From assembly GCA_020891255.1 (NCBI GenBank), contig BQFW01000002.1, forward strand, positions 2,728,001-2,792,000: a DNA stretch of 64,000 bases, in the 5' to 3' direction. Position 1 is the first letter of the stretch; every line of letters starts with the position of its first letter. The translations under genes and the position numbers were made by a program. The DNA comes from Entomortierella parvispora E1425 (taxonomy: Eukaryota; Fungi; Mortierellomycota). Positions 39,331-52,300 of the stretch are shown here, in pieces. The notes below the pieces were generated by a model that was given only the letters and a program-made list of their open reading frames with translations, searched no databases and was not told the origin of the DNA.

Positions 39331-41466
39331 TTAAGCCGACTTTTCATTCACTTTGGCCTCCTCCGTGACCGCTGGATTCGCGTCTTTGACTTCAAAGATG
39401 GCGCTGTTCCTTGCTGTCTCCAGACCACCCTCCGATTCCACCGCACTATGACCAATAATCTCGCTCTTTCCGAGCTCCAGATCGGATCCGTGGTTCAGCT
39501 CATGCAACGTAGACTGACCCTCCGCTCCGACGGCCGTCAAGACCTCATCGACCACCTTTTGTTCCTCGGTGAATTTGGCGGGGTCTCTGTTAGCGGCCAA
39601 GATAATGGTCAACACCAAGCCCACGCCGGCCATGATAGCATAGGCGTAAAACGCGTCTTTGTATCCAGGCAACAAGTCCTTGCCCACGGCCGTGGCTGGG
39701 TTCTTGCCGTTCGCAATGATGTTGGCAATGGCGATGCCAATGGGCGCTCCCACTTGAAGAGACACGTTGTACACGGCGCCCACCACGCCCTGATCCTCAT
39801 CATCGGCATCGGCGACCGAGTTGATCTGACAGCACAGCCAGACGGGGGCCATGCCCAAAAAGTTTAGGATCAAACTGGGGAAGGGAATCGACCAGTAGCT
39901 AGAATCGGCCTTCAATTGTGCCCAGAGGACGCCCGAGGCAATGAAAAAGAGCCAGCCAACGACCATGATGATCTTTGTGCGGACGACCGTAACCAATTTC
40001 GTCAAGGCGACAATCGTCACGATGGCACCGACGCCATGGACAATGTAACCAAAGGACGTGTGCAAAGGAGTGTAGCCGAGGACGTTCTGGAATGCCAAAG
40101 AAGAGTAATAGATCATGGCGTTGATCGCGGCCGAGACACAGATAATGGCCACGCACGAGGCGACCAATCGGCGAGAACGCCAGATTCGAAGAGGCATGAT
40201 CGGATAGTCAATGCGGTACTCTACCACCACAAACGAGATCAAGAGAACAATACCGATGATGAGGGGCACCAAAGTTGACGCCACCTTCCATCCAGAAGCA
40301 GGACCTTCGCTCAGGTAGTAGATGACGGCGACGATTCCGAGAGTAAAGCACAAGATGCCGATAATATCAATACGACGGTCCTCGTTCTTGGATTGACCCA
40401 TGGAAGGGGGGATAACGAGAAAACCGAGGATGGCCATGATAAAGCCCAGCATGGCGGTGAAATAAAAGATCCATCTCCAGCCTGGGTAGAGTGGAAACGA
40501 CCGCTGGTTAGAATCATCAAGTGCCTGTGCGCGCAAAAAAAAAAAAAAAAACAAAAATTCACACGCGCCCCTTAACAAGATCTTCCATCACATAAATCTT
40601 GTCTTGACAAAAATGAAACGTCAAGGATTGTGCAAAGGACTTACCAATCGTAGAGCCAAGGATACCGCCAAGTAGCACTCCAACAACGGAGCCTATAGCC
40701 CCGGTTCCGCCAAAGATAGCTGCGTCACGTGCCCCGGGAGGTATAGAAAAGAAGAGGAGAAGAGAGAGAGTGAGATGAAGAAACAAAAAAAAAAATAGAT
40801 CGGTTAGTACAAAAGTTGCGAGTGAAGAAACAAAAGTCCAGATGAGGCATATTATAGTTACCGAGCGCTTTTGTTCTTTCAGGACCCAGAGGGTAAGTTG
40901 TAGTGAGGATGGCCAATGCACTTGGGACGGTGAAACCAGCACCCATTCCCTGAAGGGCACGACCGACCGACATGATGATGGGGTTCTTTGCAAAGCCATT
41001 GACGACAGCCCAGATAGAGAACCAGGTTACACCCAAGATATAAATGCGACGATGACCGAAAAGGTCTCCAAGACGACCTCCGATGAGGAGGAAAGCACCG
41101 TAAGCAAGGGCGTACGCAGAAGTGACCCATTGAAGCTGATCCACCTTGTAGCCAACCTCTTTCATGATATCAGGAAGGGTAATTGTTACACTGGCAACAT
41201 TGATAATGTCTAGCATCTGTCGAGGAAGACGAACGAAAAACGGTATAGAAAGTTGAGAACAGCGAATAAAAAAGTCGTGGCCTGTGGAGTTTTGGTGGAG
41301 CAAGAGGAGCAGTAACAATTTTTTTTTAAAAAACGTGGGTGTGTACCTGCGCCATGGAGACGAGTGCCAGGAGGAGCCCCTTGTTTTCGTCGAGTCGACG
41401 ATACCAAGGTTTCCGAGGACCGTCTACGGTTTTTGTAGCGCTGGTCGTTGCCGAAGCAGAGTCCAT
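39331..41466 (-). CDS. MFS drug:H+ antiporter (DHA2/EmrB-QacA-like, ~14 TM)
   Basis: MLDIINVASVTITLP, WVTSAYALAYGAFLLIGGRLGDLFGHRR (motif A), GRALQGMGAG and GWRWIFY. Three in-frame introns. Confidence 0.92.
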
Positions 41467-43189
41467 TGTATAAAGAAGGGTGTGAGGGAGTGAAGAGTTT
41501 TAGTGATGGGTCCGGGAGAAGAATATGAAGAAGGACTGGAGGTCAGGAAGGACAAAGTGAGGTGCCGCTCTTGTTTTCTTTTGAAGAGGGCAATTGCTGG
41601 TTCTTGAGATTGAGGCTTGGAAGATGGTGCGTAGGAGGGGGGGAAGGGCGGCCTTTTTATAGGGTGGAGAAGCAGGGGTGGTTACAAGGGTCCAACCACC
41701 AGGATTTGGATAGGAAATAAGAATATGAATATGAACAGATGAATAGAGCCCTGGCACTGACGCAGGAGCGATCGATCATGCCCAGAAATCCTTAAAATCT
41801 TGCTTTGAATTGAGCATATCAATGAAGGGAGGAGAACGAAAAAATCAACTCCTACGCCATAGCGCAGGCATTTGGTCCCCAAAGAATCACCCACATACGT
41901 GGGACCAGAGGGAGGTGAGCAGTCAATAGGAATGAACAGGGTGCCCCTCGGCAACTTTTTTTGCCCATTGCGCAGGGGACAGAGGGAAAGATACGAGATC
42001 CAGCAAAGTTGTTTCTTGTGTGGTCAGGTCCAAACATGGGCATCAATCGAACACTGACCACAGCCCCTTACCAGACTTGGGTCCAAATGCTGGTAATTCG
42101 CCATAATTTGCAAGCATGTCAATTGCCCGTGAAGGGGTTGGAGTGTCCCGCGGGATAAGGGACAGCAAATGAGGAAGGGTGGAACCGTTCAAAATAAGAA
42201 ATCTCCTTATTGGACAATGGCCGAGAATCTGACAAATTCTTCAAATCGACACAACGAACAGGCGAAGAGACGCGTGTCCCCTTGCGTAGCGGGCAATAAA
42301 GTTGTCAAGAAAAAAAGTGCGAAGCAGTACAGTACTCTAGTCCGAAAGTAAGAAAATAGATAGGGGGACACGCACTCCAATAATGGACGGTGTTTTTTCT
42401 AGTCGACTCTCGGCGTTGACTAAGCCCCGACAGTTTGAGGTCTGTGTCCTGCTTTCTTGTTTGACGGATGACATGAACGACAGACCAGATCCGTATAAAA
42501 GGCACACAAATTACATCCTACAGTACCTCCAAGAAGTCAATTCAACGATCGAAAAAGAGTTGTTTAGAGGGAGCACAGGCTGTGTTCACTCTGTGCTCGG
42601 ATGCGCCTCCGTGCACAGTCAACGGCCAGCTTCCAGGCCTTGTGAAAGGATCAAAGTTTTATTTATTTTGATCGATCTGGCCCCGATGCCCCGAAGCGTC
42701 ACATGACTTGAGGATGGGGGCTGGGTGTGTGAGAGGGAAAACCTGAGGAGCCTCCACCGTCTTGACTCAACATAGGGTTGGGGGTTTGTATCTCGGTTGA
42801 GTGGTGCTTGATGCCTGAAGTTTTCTCTCATTCTCGCGCCTCTCGGACGAACCAAATATCCAAACGAGCAGCAACGACGCAGAAAGAGAAACCTCTGTAC
42901 CAACCGCGTCCAAACCCAGCCCATATGTCGGTGGCTTAGGGGACATAGAGCGTCCCAGCTTAACAAAGCATTTAGAGAACTTCGCTCGGCAATTGGCAAC
43001 AAACGTGAAGCTGCTCACTCTGGAGAAGCATTTGGCTCAATACAAGTATCAGCAGTCCATCAACAGAACACTATTGTCCATCAGCAGAACACTGTCTCCC
43101 TCGACAGGAAGTGATGGTTCAGAGAGAGCTTATAGGCCTTCCTTGCTTTCGCTCAACCCCATCCCCTTTCCCCCGCACCCCCAACATAC

Positions 43190-44900
43190 CCAAAGCCAGC
43201 TTTCCATGTCCAGTGCCGGGATGTGATCAGACGTTTACTCGTCAAGGATCTATTGCGGAGCACATTGCAAGCTACCACTTGGGCCCCATACAAAGGCTGC
43301 CCTGCCCCAACGAGTCGTGTCCCAAAAGCTTTGAGAGATGAGAGCCGAGCAGGCCTACGAAGACACACGAAAACTGCTCATGTTGACCTTGTTTGGCAAA
43401 TACAAAAGTGTTTTCAAACGTTTGGAACCCAGAGAGAGCTAGACCGACACAAGGCCGCCCATGTTCGCCACAAATGTCCGCACAAAGGTTGTAAAAGCTC
43501 GTAGACTCAGTCTCTTGATCGGCCTATAGAGGACAGACGTGGCGGCGATCCTGGAGTTGTAACTGTGAAACTAGTCGCGCCACCGCCAAAACTGGTTGCA
43601 GAGTTTCTGGTCTTGGTAGGTGGCGAGGTGCTTGTACTCCACTACAGTTGAATCCCGAGAATATGGATCGACTCTCTAACCTGGTCGATTGGCTTTTAAA
43701 ATCTCAGTTGTCCACACAGGCGACATATACCTGAGCTGATCCATACCGAGACCATTATATTTCCGACGGGTTCGTACGTGGAGGATGGAATTGTTAAAGT
43801 AAGTGCAAGTCCTTCATTTGTTGATTCGTTGGATCTACCCTTTTGGACGTAAACTCACGCTTGTTGTAACTGCAGTTTGAAGAAAACCCGGCCGCACCAG
43901 TAGCATGGCAAGACTCGTTCGAAGACCTCTCCAAAATGCAACTATTCAATGTGACAAAACTTCACGCTCGAGTCTCCCCTCCACGAAGGCCGAACTTGTG
44001 ACCATGAAGGCTGCGATACGTCTATTACATGGCGCTGGGCAGGATGGAGACCGAGCTCCGATTCTAAGACAAAGTCGGAACTGTTCTCGATGCGTGAAAC
44101 GGAAAAGCCGCCCTCCTTTCTTGTGTGCCCAAGAGAATCACTTTTTGATTATCAGCTTTTTTCTGCTTTCCAGCGAGAATCAAGTTACACAAAACGAAAG
44201 AAGATCCAAACAACTCAAAGAATCAAGAAAGTGATTCTCATGGACTCAAAAGAAAGGCAGGCTAATACGTCCAGAAGGTATCTTCTATCGTTTGGGATAA
44301 TGATCCTACTTGGTATTAAAACGATCAAGCTAACCTTTCGAATTTAAACCTAGTTCCCTTATCAAGCGCTATGTCGCCGTCGCTAATGACACTGTGCCTG
44401 TGTTCGCGATGGGTCCGCACTGCACCATGTGTCGATGCCTTCAAAGCCCTGCCAACTCCACATTCGTTCTCGAAACAACGATGGCCACGCCCTTAGCTTT
44501 CACTTGTGTCTGCAGTAGATGCGAGAATGCCGAACTGGAAAGGGCGACCATAATCAGCGAAAAACCTCGCTGCTTGGGCTCGGGTACACTGATGATGCTT
44601 CTCCAGTCTGCGTTTGGACAAATACTCCTTTGAGCATTGGCGATTTCTGTCCAACCAGAAAGCTATCATTCGATCGAGTGATCTTCGATCATGAAAGAAA
44701 AGCACTGGGGTACGGGGATGCTGGTCAAGTCATCGTTTGCTCATCTCTCTTTGCCAACAGGTATGTGCTTCCAATACGATCAATACTGGAGGCAGATGCT
44801 CCCCAAAGCCCAGTAGCGATTCCTCGCCGCCGCCGCCCCGCCCCACACCCACATCACCCAAAAAAAAAAAAAAAAAAAAAAATCTGTTAGCGATTCGCGG
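43190..44900 (+). pseudogene. Decayed spliced gene: about 4 C2H2 zinc fingers followed by Cys-rich and HNH-like segments
   Basis: ZF1 CPVPGCDQTF...H...H is intact. ZF2 is broken by a 7-bp duplication, ZF3 has an apparent C-to-W change and ZF4 ends at TAG 43502. Intron-like segments at about 43799-43875 and 44278-44353; several frameshifts. Confidence 0.65.
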
Positions 44901-45148
44901 TCCAAAGTCGGCTGTTTTTCCGATACTGGGAAGAGTCAGTATCGCGTTTGAAGAGCTACATAACCCTTTCGGTACGATCACTTCATTTATGCCCAGTGGC
45001 GCGTGTTCCAATGACCGGCCAAAGGAGCAATAAAGAAGAAAGCTCCTCAGAGAATTAATGAACTCCTGGTAATCTCGACCGCGTGGGGGGTTTTGTTCTC
45101 TGGTTGATGTCGTGTTTATTTCCCAAATAAATAATAGGAGTGAAAGAG

Positions 45149-45823
45149 CTAGTAATATCCTTCTGGACGATACGATGCCGCCTCGCCCGCACCTGACATT
45201 TGCGGGTAGTAAGGCTGCGGTTGATAAGGCGATTGCTGCTGCAGTGGTTGATGTTGTGGGTATTGGTACTGTTGCTGCTGTTGTGGCAGCAATGGCTGAT
45301 GTTGATGTTGTTGCTCCAAGGGGATGTATTGCGTGTTTTGTTGCACCGTTGGCGAAACAAAGATGGTGGTGGCCGCCAATGGCTTTTGGACATGAGAGCG
45401 ATCATGTCTTTCGGCCAAATAAGCCTCCACGAACCCAAAGACGCCTGTAGCCAATCCACAGATATCGGCAATCATCCACATGGTGCATTGCAAGAGTCCG
45501 CAGGCCCAGCCCTTGAAAAAATCGGCTGCACCATAGTATCGCAGGAGAACGTGAATGTGATAGCTGGGCGCAACATACCACCCGGCGCACAGAATGCACA
45601 TCATGATGGCTCGACTTCTTGGGTCGAAGAATGTCCGTTGGCGCAGGGAGAGAGAGTAAGCTACGTTGGAGACGATAGAGATGATGAGCGCGAGCCAGAT
45701 GGACCAGTATTGCTCTGCAAATTCGACATGATAGCGGATGATGAGAACGAGGTCACAGGCCATGACGATCGTTGTCAAGATGACCAGCAAGATCCGGAAA
45801 CCAAGGAGGGTGCTGTTGGCCAT
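45149..45823 (-). CDS. Four-TM (MARVEL-like) membrane protein with Q/P/Y-rich tail, 224 aa, intronless
   Basis: MANSTLLGFRILLVILTTIVMACDL, four hydrophobic helices, CGLLQC loop and a QQPYYP-rich C-terminus. Confidence 0.75.
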   Translation of the reverse strand: MANSTLLGFRILLVILTTIVMACDLVLIIRYHVEFAEQYWSIWLALIISIVSNVAYSLSLRQRTFFDPRSRAIMMCILCAGWYVAPSYHIHVLLRYYGAADFFKGWACGLLQCTMWMIADICGLATGVFGFVEAYLAERHDRSHVQKPLAATTIFVSPTVQQNTQYIPLEQQHQHQPLLPQQQQQYQYPQHQPLQQQSPYQPQPYYPQMSGAGEAASYRPEGYY

Positions 45824-46371
45824 TGTTGTTTTCTTATTTCTTGTTGCTGTTGCTGTTTCGCGAGGTAGTTGGAAAAGAAATGTATTCTGCTTGCCGTTTC
45901 GAGCTGCTGGTGAGGAGGGGTGGACTGGATGAACCCGAAAAAGGTGAGAGGGCAGAGAGTAAAGGTGGGCCTGAGGAAGGGGCAAGGGCGCCGCCGACCT
46001 TTATTTATATTCGATCAAGAGAAATGGAGGCGTTGACTCTGCTGGCAACAGCGAGGCAGTGCATTCCGGCGGCAACAAGAGAAAAACCTAAAAAAAATCG
46101 CACACATCGACGCGGCGCTTCAGATGCCAACAGCTCTGTGCAAGGACGCTGGTGGCAAAAAAAAAACAGAGTGTATGAGCACGGACGGTAAGTGGACACC
46201 GCCACACACCATGTGTGAACTTTTTATCCATTTGACGCAACCACCACGTTTCCAAGGCGTCCAGACCCGTCGGATCATTGGTATTTTGTAAATACAAAAA
46301 GGTTTATTTTTTGGTCTTTTTTTTAATGGGGTCATCGTCTCATCAAACAAATTAAATTACAGTGAGGGTAT

Positions 46372-49300
46372 CTAATGCATCGTCTGCAGATGATGCTGAG
46401 CGGTATGGGTACTCGACAGAGACCCATGGTGTTGATGATGGTGGTGGCTGGATCCTCCCTGCGAATTGTGACGATCTGCCTTCAGGAACTTTAGGGTGCT
46501 CAATAGCTTGAATCGGTTCTTCTTGGCCGCAGGCGACTCTTGCACGTTTTGCTCCACGAGGTGGTCCATGTCTTGCAGGATTTGGTCATAGATACCCTTC
46601 AGTACTGCAATCTTGAGCACGGGATCAGTCGTGTTCAGTTGATTCTGGGGCTGCTGGTACCGAGGTCGATTGAGCTCTAAAAGATCTTGAGAGGCTCGCG
46701 GAGTGCTCTGGTTGCTCGTGAGACTTCGATGGTGGGTGCTGGTGGACATGGAGGAACGGTGACTGCTGCTACCCCGTCCTTGGTGATCTGTGGTCGAGGT
46801 CGAGTACCGGTCATCCTCTTCAGTATCGCCGTCAATGCCCAGTCCATCACCAAGACGCGACAGTTGATCTTCATTCTCGTCTACAGTTCCAGCTGGATGA
46901 TCTCCATCCACATCATCACCTCCAGCACTATAGTACATGTGCTGAGGAATATCCAGCAAAGACGAGGTATCTACATCCAACAGAATGGGTGGGGGTGCTG
47001 GAAGAAGTAGAGAAGCCGAAGAGGTCGCTGTGGTCACAGATGTGATTGAGGCGGCCGCAGAAGCATTCTCTTTTTGACTTTCCTGGGAAGGACTAAAAGG
47101 CGCCGTTGAAGACTTTAGTCTTAACCAAGGGAGTGAAGTGGTGGATTTCTCGCCACCAGAGGTATTGTACGAATTGGATTGATCCGTCTGAGATCCATAC
47201 ACGTGCCGAGGCAGAGGCGAGGTCGGACGTCCAAACGAGGTCTTGGAGGGTTTGCTTACAGACGGGCGAGAAGGGCCAGCCGCTGCAAAAGTTCCTGGGT
47301 TTGGTGAAAGGGGTCGAGAAAACAACGGCAGGGGCACTGAGGTCAAAGAAGGCGAGCTCTTGATGGCCATGGATGACTTGATTGCAGACAAAGAGCCATC
47401 ACCAAGTCTGGATCCACTGAGGTGGTTGCTGTGAGTAATCACACTTCCTGCCGAGCCAGGTTGGGTTCCAAGTCCAAGGGCCATCATAGCATCCGAGCTC
47501 AGTTGCAATGTGGACGACTCCAGGGTCGAAGTCGTGGAGCCGGTAGACTCGTGCTTGCCTTTTCCTCCACTAGCAAACTCAAAGACTCGACTCACACGGT
47601 GGTTCAAGGTCGATCGAGTCTGCGGCTGTTCTTGCGTGCCATCTTGCAAAGGATCTGCATAGGTGTACATGCTCTTGGGACGATTGTTGACGCTCACACT
47701 GCCCTTTCCTCCCTGCAGTTGTTGCTGGCTCTTGCGCGGTCGCAGGCTGTTGAGCAGTGGGAATGCCGATAAAGGTCCTGTAGGAACCGAGGCGGTTAAG
47801 GGACTATCGGTCATTGGGAGAGACGTAATAGGGGCAGAGTGGTGGTTGCGGGTTGATGAAAACTGAAGTGTCGGCATCGTTCGAATAGTCAATGGGTAAT
47901 CGACATAGTTGGGATTGATTCCCTCACTATTCACAGAGAGCAAAGAGCGCGGCTGATCTGGCAAAGACGAGAATGTGCCCGATTCAGGGGACATTGAGAC
48001 CGTCGAGGCTGTAGAGTTCTCGTGTCCTGGAGCGGCAGAAGATGAAAGAGGCGGCAAGACAAAACTACGGTTGATCATCATGTTTTGAGTTGCAATGGCC
48101 AATCCCTGACTGATTCCACGGACTCTCGAGCTGTTGCCATCTGCTGGACTGGAACTTGAGCGCGCCAAATGAAACACACTCATCGAGTCCGAGGAAGAGC
48201 CGTTAGCACGCTGCGGACCACTGATAAGAGCGCGTGAAGTGGGTCCCGAGCCGTCGTTCTTATCCAGGTTGTGTTGGTCTCTATACCGTTGGCTATCCAG
48301 TTCCTGGACACGACGCAAAATTGAATCGTGCATTCTCCACAGCAATGTCCTCTCAATTTGGTGAGGCATGAACGACTGAAGAACATTGATTTTCATGTTC
48401 ATTTCGGCTTGTTCCTAGTGAGGCATATAGTGGGAAGACAGGGCTATCAGCATTTCTGTGTCGACGGTATAATACATCAAATACACCATACAACAACAAT
48501 TTACCCTGGTAATCTCGAATCCATTGTCAGGCCAGTCGCCAATTCGAAAGATTTCCAAGGATCCCATGAGCTTTGAGAGCGATGAGGGCAAGGACTTGAT
48601 CGGGTTTCCCTCCACCACCAAAACTTTCAGATCAGCCAGATCGCCAACTTCCTGTGGTAACCAGCTAAGCAGGTTGTTGGCAAGATCCAGTACTTCAAGT
48701 CGAGGGAGCATCTTGATCTTTCCTGACAAGACACGGATCTGGTTGTTTCGAGCTTCAAAAATTCGAAGACGTTTCAACTCGGACAACTTGCTGGCGGTTA
48801 CACCGCCTCCTGTCAGATTCACTGAGTTGCCCAATGTACCGGGATTGGTCTGTGTATCGCCAGCATTTTGTCCAGAAGTTTTTGAAAGCGTATTGTGTGC
48901 GCTCCCTCCAATCTGTGCTCCGTTGGCCAAGCCGATCCCACCGCCCATAGGTCCAGAGAGCGTACCAGTGTTGTAGTTGTTGTTGCTATTGTTCGAGATT
49001 TGAAGGTTGAGAGACGAAGTGCCAATTTCGCGCAAAAAGTTGTTTGAAATATAAAACTCCTCAAGCTTGTGCATCTGGTCGAGAGCGGGCAAAACTTCAA
49101 ATTGATTGCAAGACAGATCCAAGTACACGAGCTCCTTAAAGACAGTTCCAAGCTCGACTGGCAAATCCCGCAGTTCGCATCCTTGCAAGTGAACTCTTCG
49201 CACATTGACGAGTCGCTGGATGGTTTTAGGGAGGGACCGCAAAGGGTTGTTGTCAAATTTGAGTTCCTGAAGCTTGTTCAATTTTCCAATTTCCTCTGGA

Positions 49301-52300
49301 AGAACCTGGAGCTGATTAAACGACAGCACAAGATCGTGCAAGTCGCGAAGGCGCCCAATATCCTTGGGAAGCTCCTGAAGGTTGTTATTGCAGAGCTGAA
49401 GAACAACCAAGTTGCTCAGCTGTCCAATCTTTTCTGGCAACAGCTGGATCTGATTGTCGTGGAGATCCAGGTGGGTGAGTTTGGGGAGTCGAACAATGTC
49501 CTGAGGGAGAACCGTCAGTCGATTGCAGGACAGATCCAAGGTCGACAGGTTTTCCATGTCCTTCCATGACTCTGGCAACTTTTCCAGCAAGTTGGATCGT
49601 AATGCCAGCACCTGCAGGGTCCTGATGGAGCCAATAGATTCCGGAAGTGCTCGCAAGTTGTTGTGAGACAAACGAAGCTCGCACAGGTTTCCGAGTTTTC
49701 CCATGGTTTCTGGCAGCGTCGCCAATGAATTAGATTCCATCGCCAGAATCTTCAGCTTTGACATGTTCTGAATAGCGATAGCCAGATACGGGACAAAGTT
49801 GTGGTTCATTCGAAGCTCCCTCAATGCCTTGAGCTTATAAATCGGCGAAATGTCGGTAAGCATGTTGTGGTCCAGATTCAGCCTTCGGAGATTCTTCAAT
49901 TTCTTGAGCTTGAAGGCCGCATGGAAGCTACTGATCGAATTGCAGCTCAAGTCCAGTACATCCAGCTTGGAGAGCTTCAAAAGCGAGTCGGGTACGATCT
50001 TGATGTCGTTGTGGTCCAGGTACAACTCCCTCAGATTCCGCAGACCATCGAAAAACTCGTGAGGAATCTGACCCAAGCCGCGACCACTCAGCCACAAGGG
50101 CCCTTTGCTGTTGGGGTCCATCTCAAACAGCTCATCCCACCGGATAGGAGCACAAGGATCGTAGCTCGACTCTGACCACTGTGCCACAGACATGACCCGT
50201 TTAGGGGGCTGGATTGGCAGACCCTTCACCGATGGCGTTGAATAAACTGAAGAGGCGGTCGACCTAGGTCGCATGAACGGAGGCTGGTCTGGGAGAATCG
50301 AGACATCCATGGAGGGCCTCTGCACAAGCACCGTTGGGGGAGCAGGGTCGTGCTGAGACTCGGAATCATCCCACGGCTCCTCTATAATAACTCCTTGAGC
50401 CCTGTAGTCTCGAGTTGAAAGAGTCGACACTGAAGGCGTGGTTTCAGAATCCGATACCTGAGATTCAAAGGACGGCATGGCACGCGAGTAAGAAGGGTCA
50501 GTCTTGAAAGTGCTGGTATTACTTCCGGGTATTGTCCCGTTATCGGTCGGGATGCCGCTGGCAACAGACCAAGTGGTGTCGCGTGAGGGTATAAATGTCG
50601 AGCCACTGGACTGAGGCTTGCCACTGTCTTGACTGCTATCATTCTGCTCAAAAGAAATGTCAAATACGACTCATAGACTGCAGCCACTTGTTATGAAGAT
50701 GCAGTATGCTTGCTCATTTAACCTACCGTGGCCCTGTCGCGCACTTGCGATGGTGGCGTCGACGCATTCTCTATTGTTGGGGGGCTTATGACTGACTTTG
50801 TCAGGAGAGGGGTGGTGGGTCGCACATTGAAAAGAGTACGACCATTGTGCAAAGGAGATGGCTCGATGCCACCCTTGGTTATAAACGGCGAGTTTTGGAC
50901 ACTATCCTTCTCGACATCATACTCTTCCTCATAAGTGGCTGAAAACAAGAGTGGTGGTGCTGGAGCTGGTGTCGACAATTCGCGAGAGACACTCTCCACG
51001 GCCGTTGCTGTCTCGGCTTCCTTTGTACTGACACTGACAGGTGATGTAGGGAGGCTCTCCTGTTCTTTTGCCTCTGACACGATGCTACTGGTCGTCGAAG
51101 CCACAGATCGTGGCCTTGATGTTTTCTCGCCAGCAGCCATTGTAGACTCTTGTAGCTCCTTGTATGCCAAATCCAATTTTTCTCTGCTACTGTTGTTGCC
51201 CTCGACACCTACTTTTGCTCTTTCTGCATTGACGACGCTCCTCCGCTTTCCAGACGCACTTTGCTCCCGTTCATGAAGTGAATGTCTCGTTCCAGTATTG
51301 GAGAACCGGGCCAAGACTCCAGAGTAATATGGATTGGCTTTGCGAGCAGGCGAGATCATTTTGGTAGGGGACATGTCACCACCATAAGTGCCGACCTGGC
51401 GGATGCTATGGCTGCTGGAGACGGAAGATACCCTGCGCTGACGAGCTTTGTTGTCCGACCTCGTCAATGGAGAGATGGGTGGAGTGATTGAAGTAGGCGA
51501 AGTGGGCGAAAAACCGGGAGCAAAAGGAGGTAGAATAAAGATGGGTTGAGTACTAGCGGATGGTGAAGCAGCAATGGTCGAGACCTTTCTAGATCGAGTA
51601 CGAGATGAAGCAGGGGTATCGTTGGGGGTGGTGCTCTGCTCAATGACCGGTTCAGTTGATTCCGTTTGCGTTCTGTAGTATGAAAATGCCCATGGGGTTG
51701 AAAAGAAAGAAAAGGAACAAAGAGGTGACACCCAAGTTAGAAACAAGGTTAACCAAAAAGTGGTTCAAGGAGGTTCCTCAAACAAATATTGGTTTAAAAA
51801 TTCCAGGAACATGGCAAAGACAGGAGTGAAGGTGGGCGAGATCTGCAGACAATGCCAGCAGCAGTGGTCGCGTCCCCGTTCCTGGCTACCCCGGTTCCTT
51901 TTCCCCCCTCGAGGAGAGTCGGGGTTATGCGCAATACCGCCTTGCTCTAGGCATCAACCGATGTAGGCTCTCAATCCTTCTCCTGGCTTGCTTTCGCAAG
52001 AGTTCTTTTCCACATGGTTTATGGTCAGCTCCACAGAACACAACGGTTGCAGCCAACATGCTATACAAGCTACCCCATGCACCTCCTTATTGAGCATCTG
52101 TAACGACACAAACCCCTTCCTGTCCCATCGATTGTCACAGCTCCACTTTTCTCACTTAAACGCGCTCGCGCTTCTGCAAGGCGACACCACCAATTCTATA
52201 TATACTGCTGGATACTGCATCCAATATACAATTCGTTGGTAACGAATGCTCTTCCAGGAAGTTACACTCCCCTACTTGCCTTGACACGGTTTGGGCAGCA

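Noticed and set aside
43064-43105. 21-bp imperfect tandem repeat GTCCATCA(A/G)CAGAACACT
   Set aside because: Only two units and no spacers. Not CRISPR-like.
43339-43341. TGA as selenocysteine or readthrough (also 25010)
   Set aside because: The TGA at 43339 is created by a frameshifting duplication and the one at 25010 lies among other lesions. Neither aligns with a Cys, and I saw no SECIS-like element.
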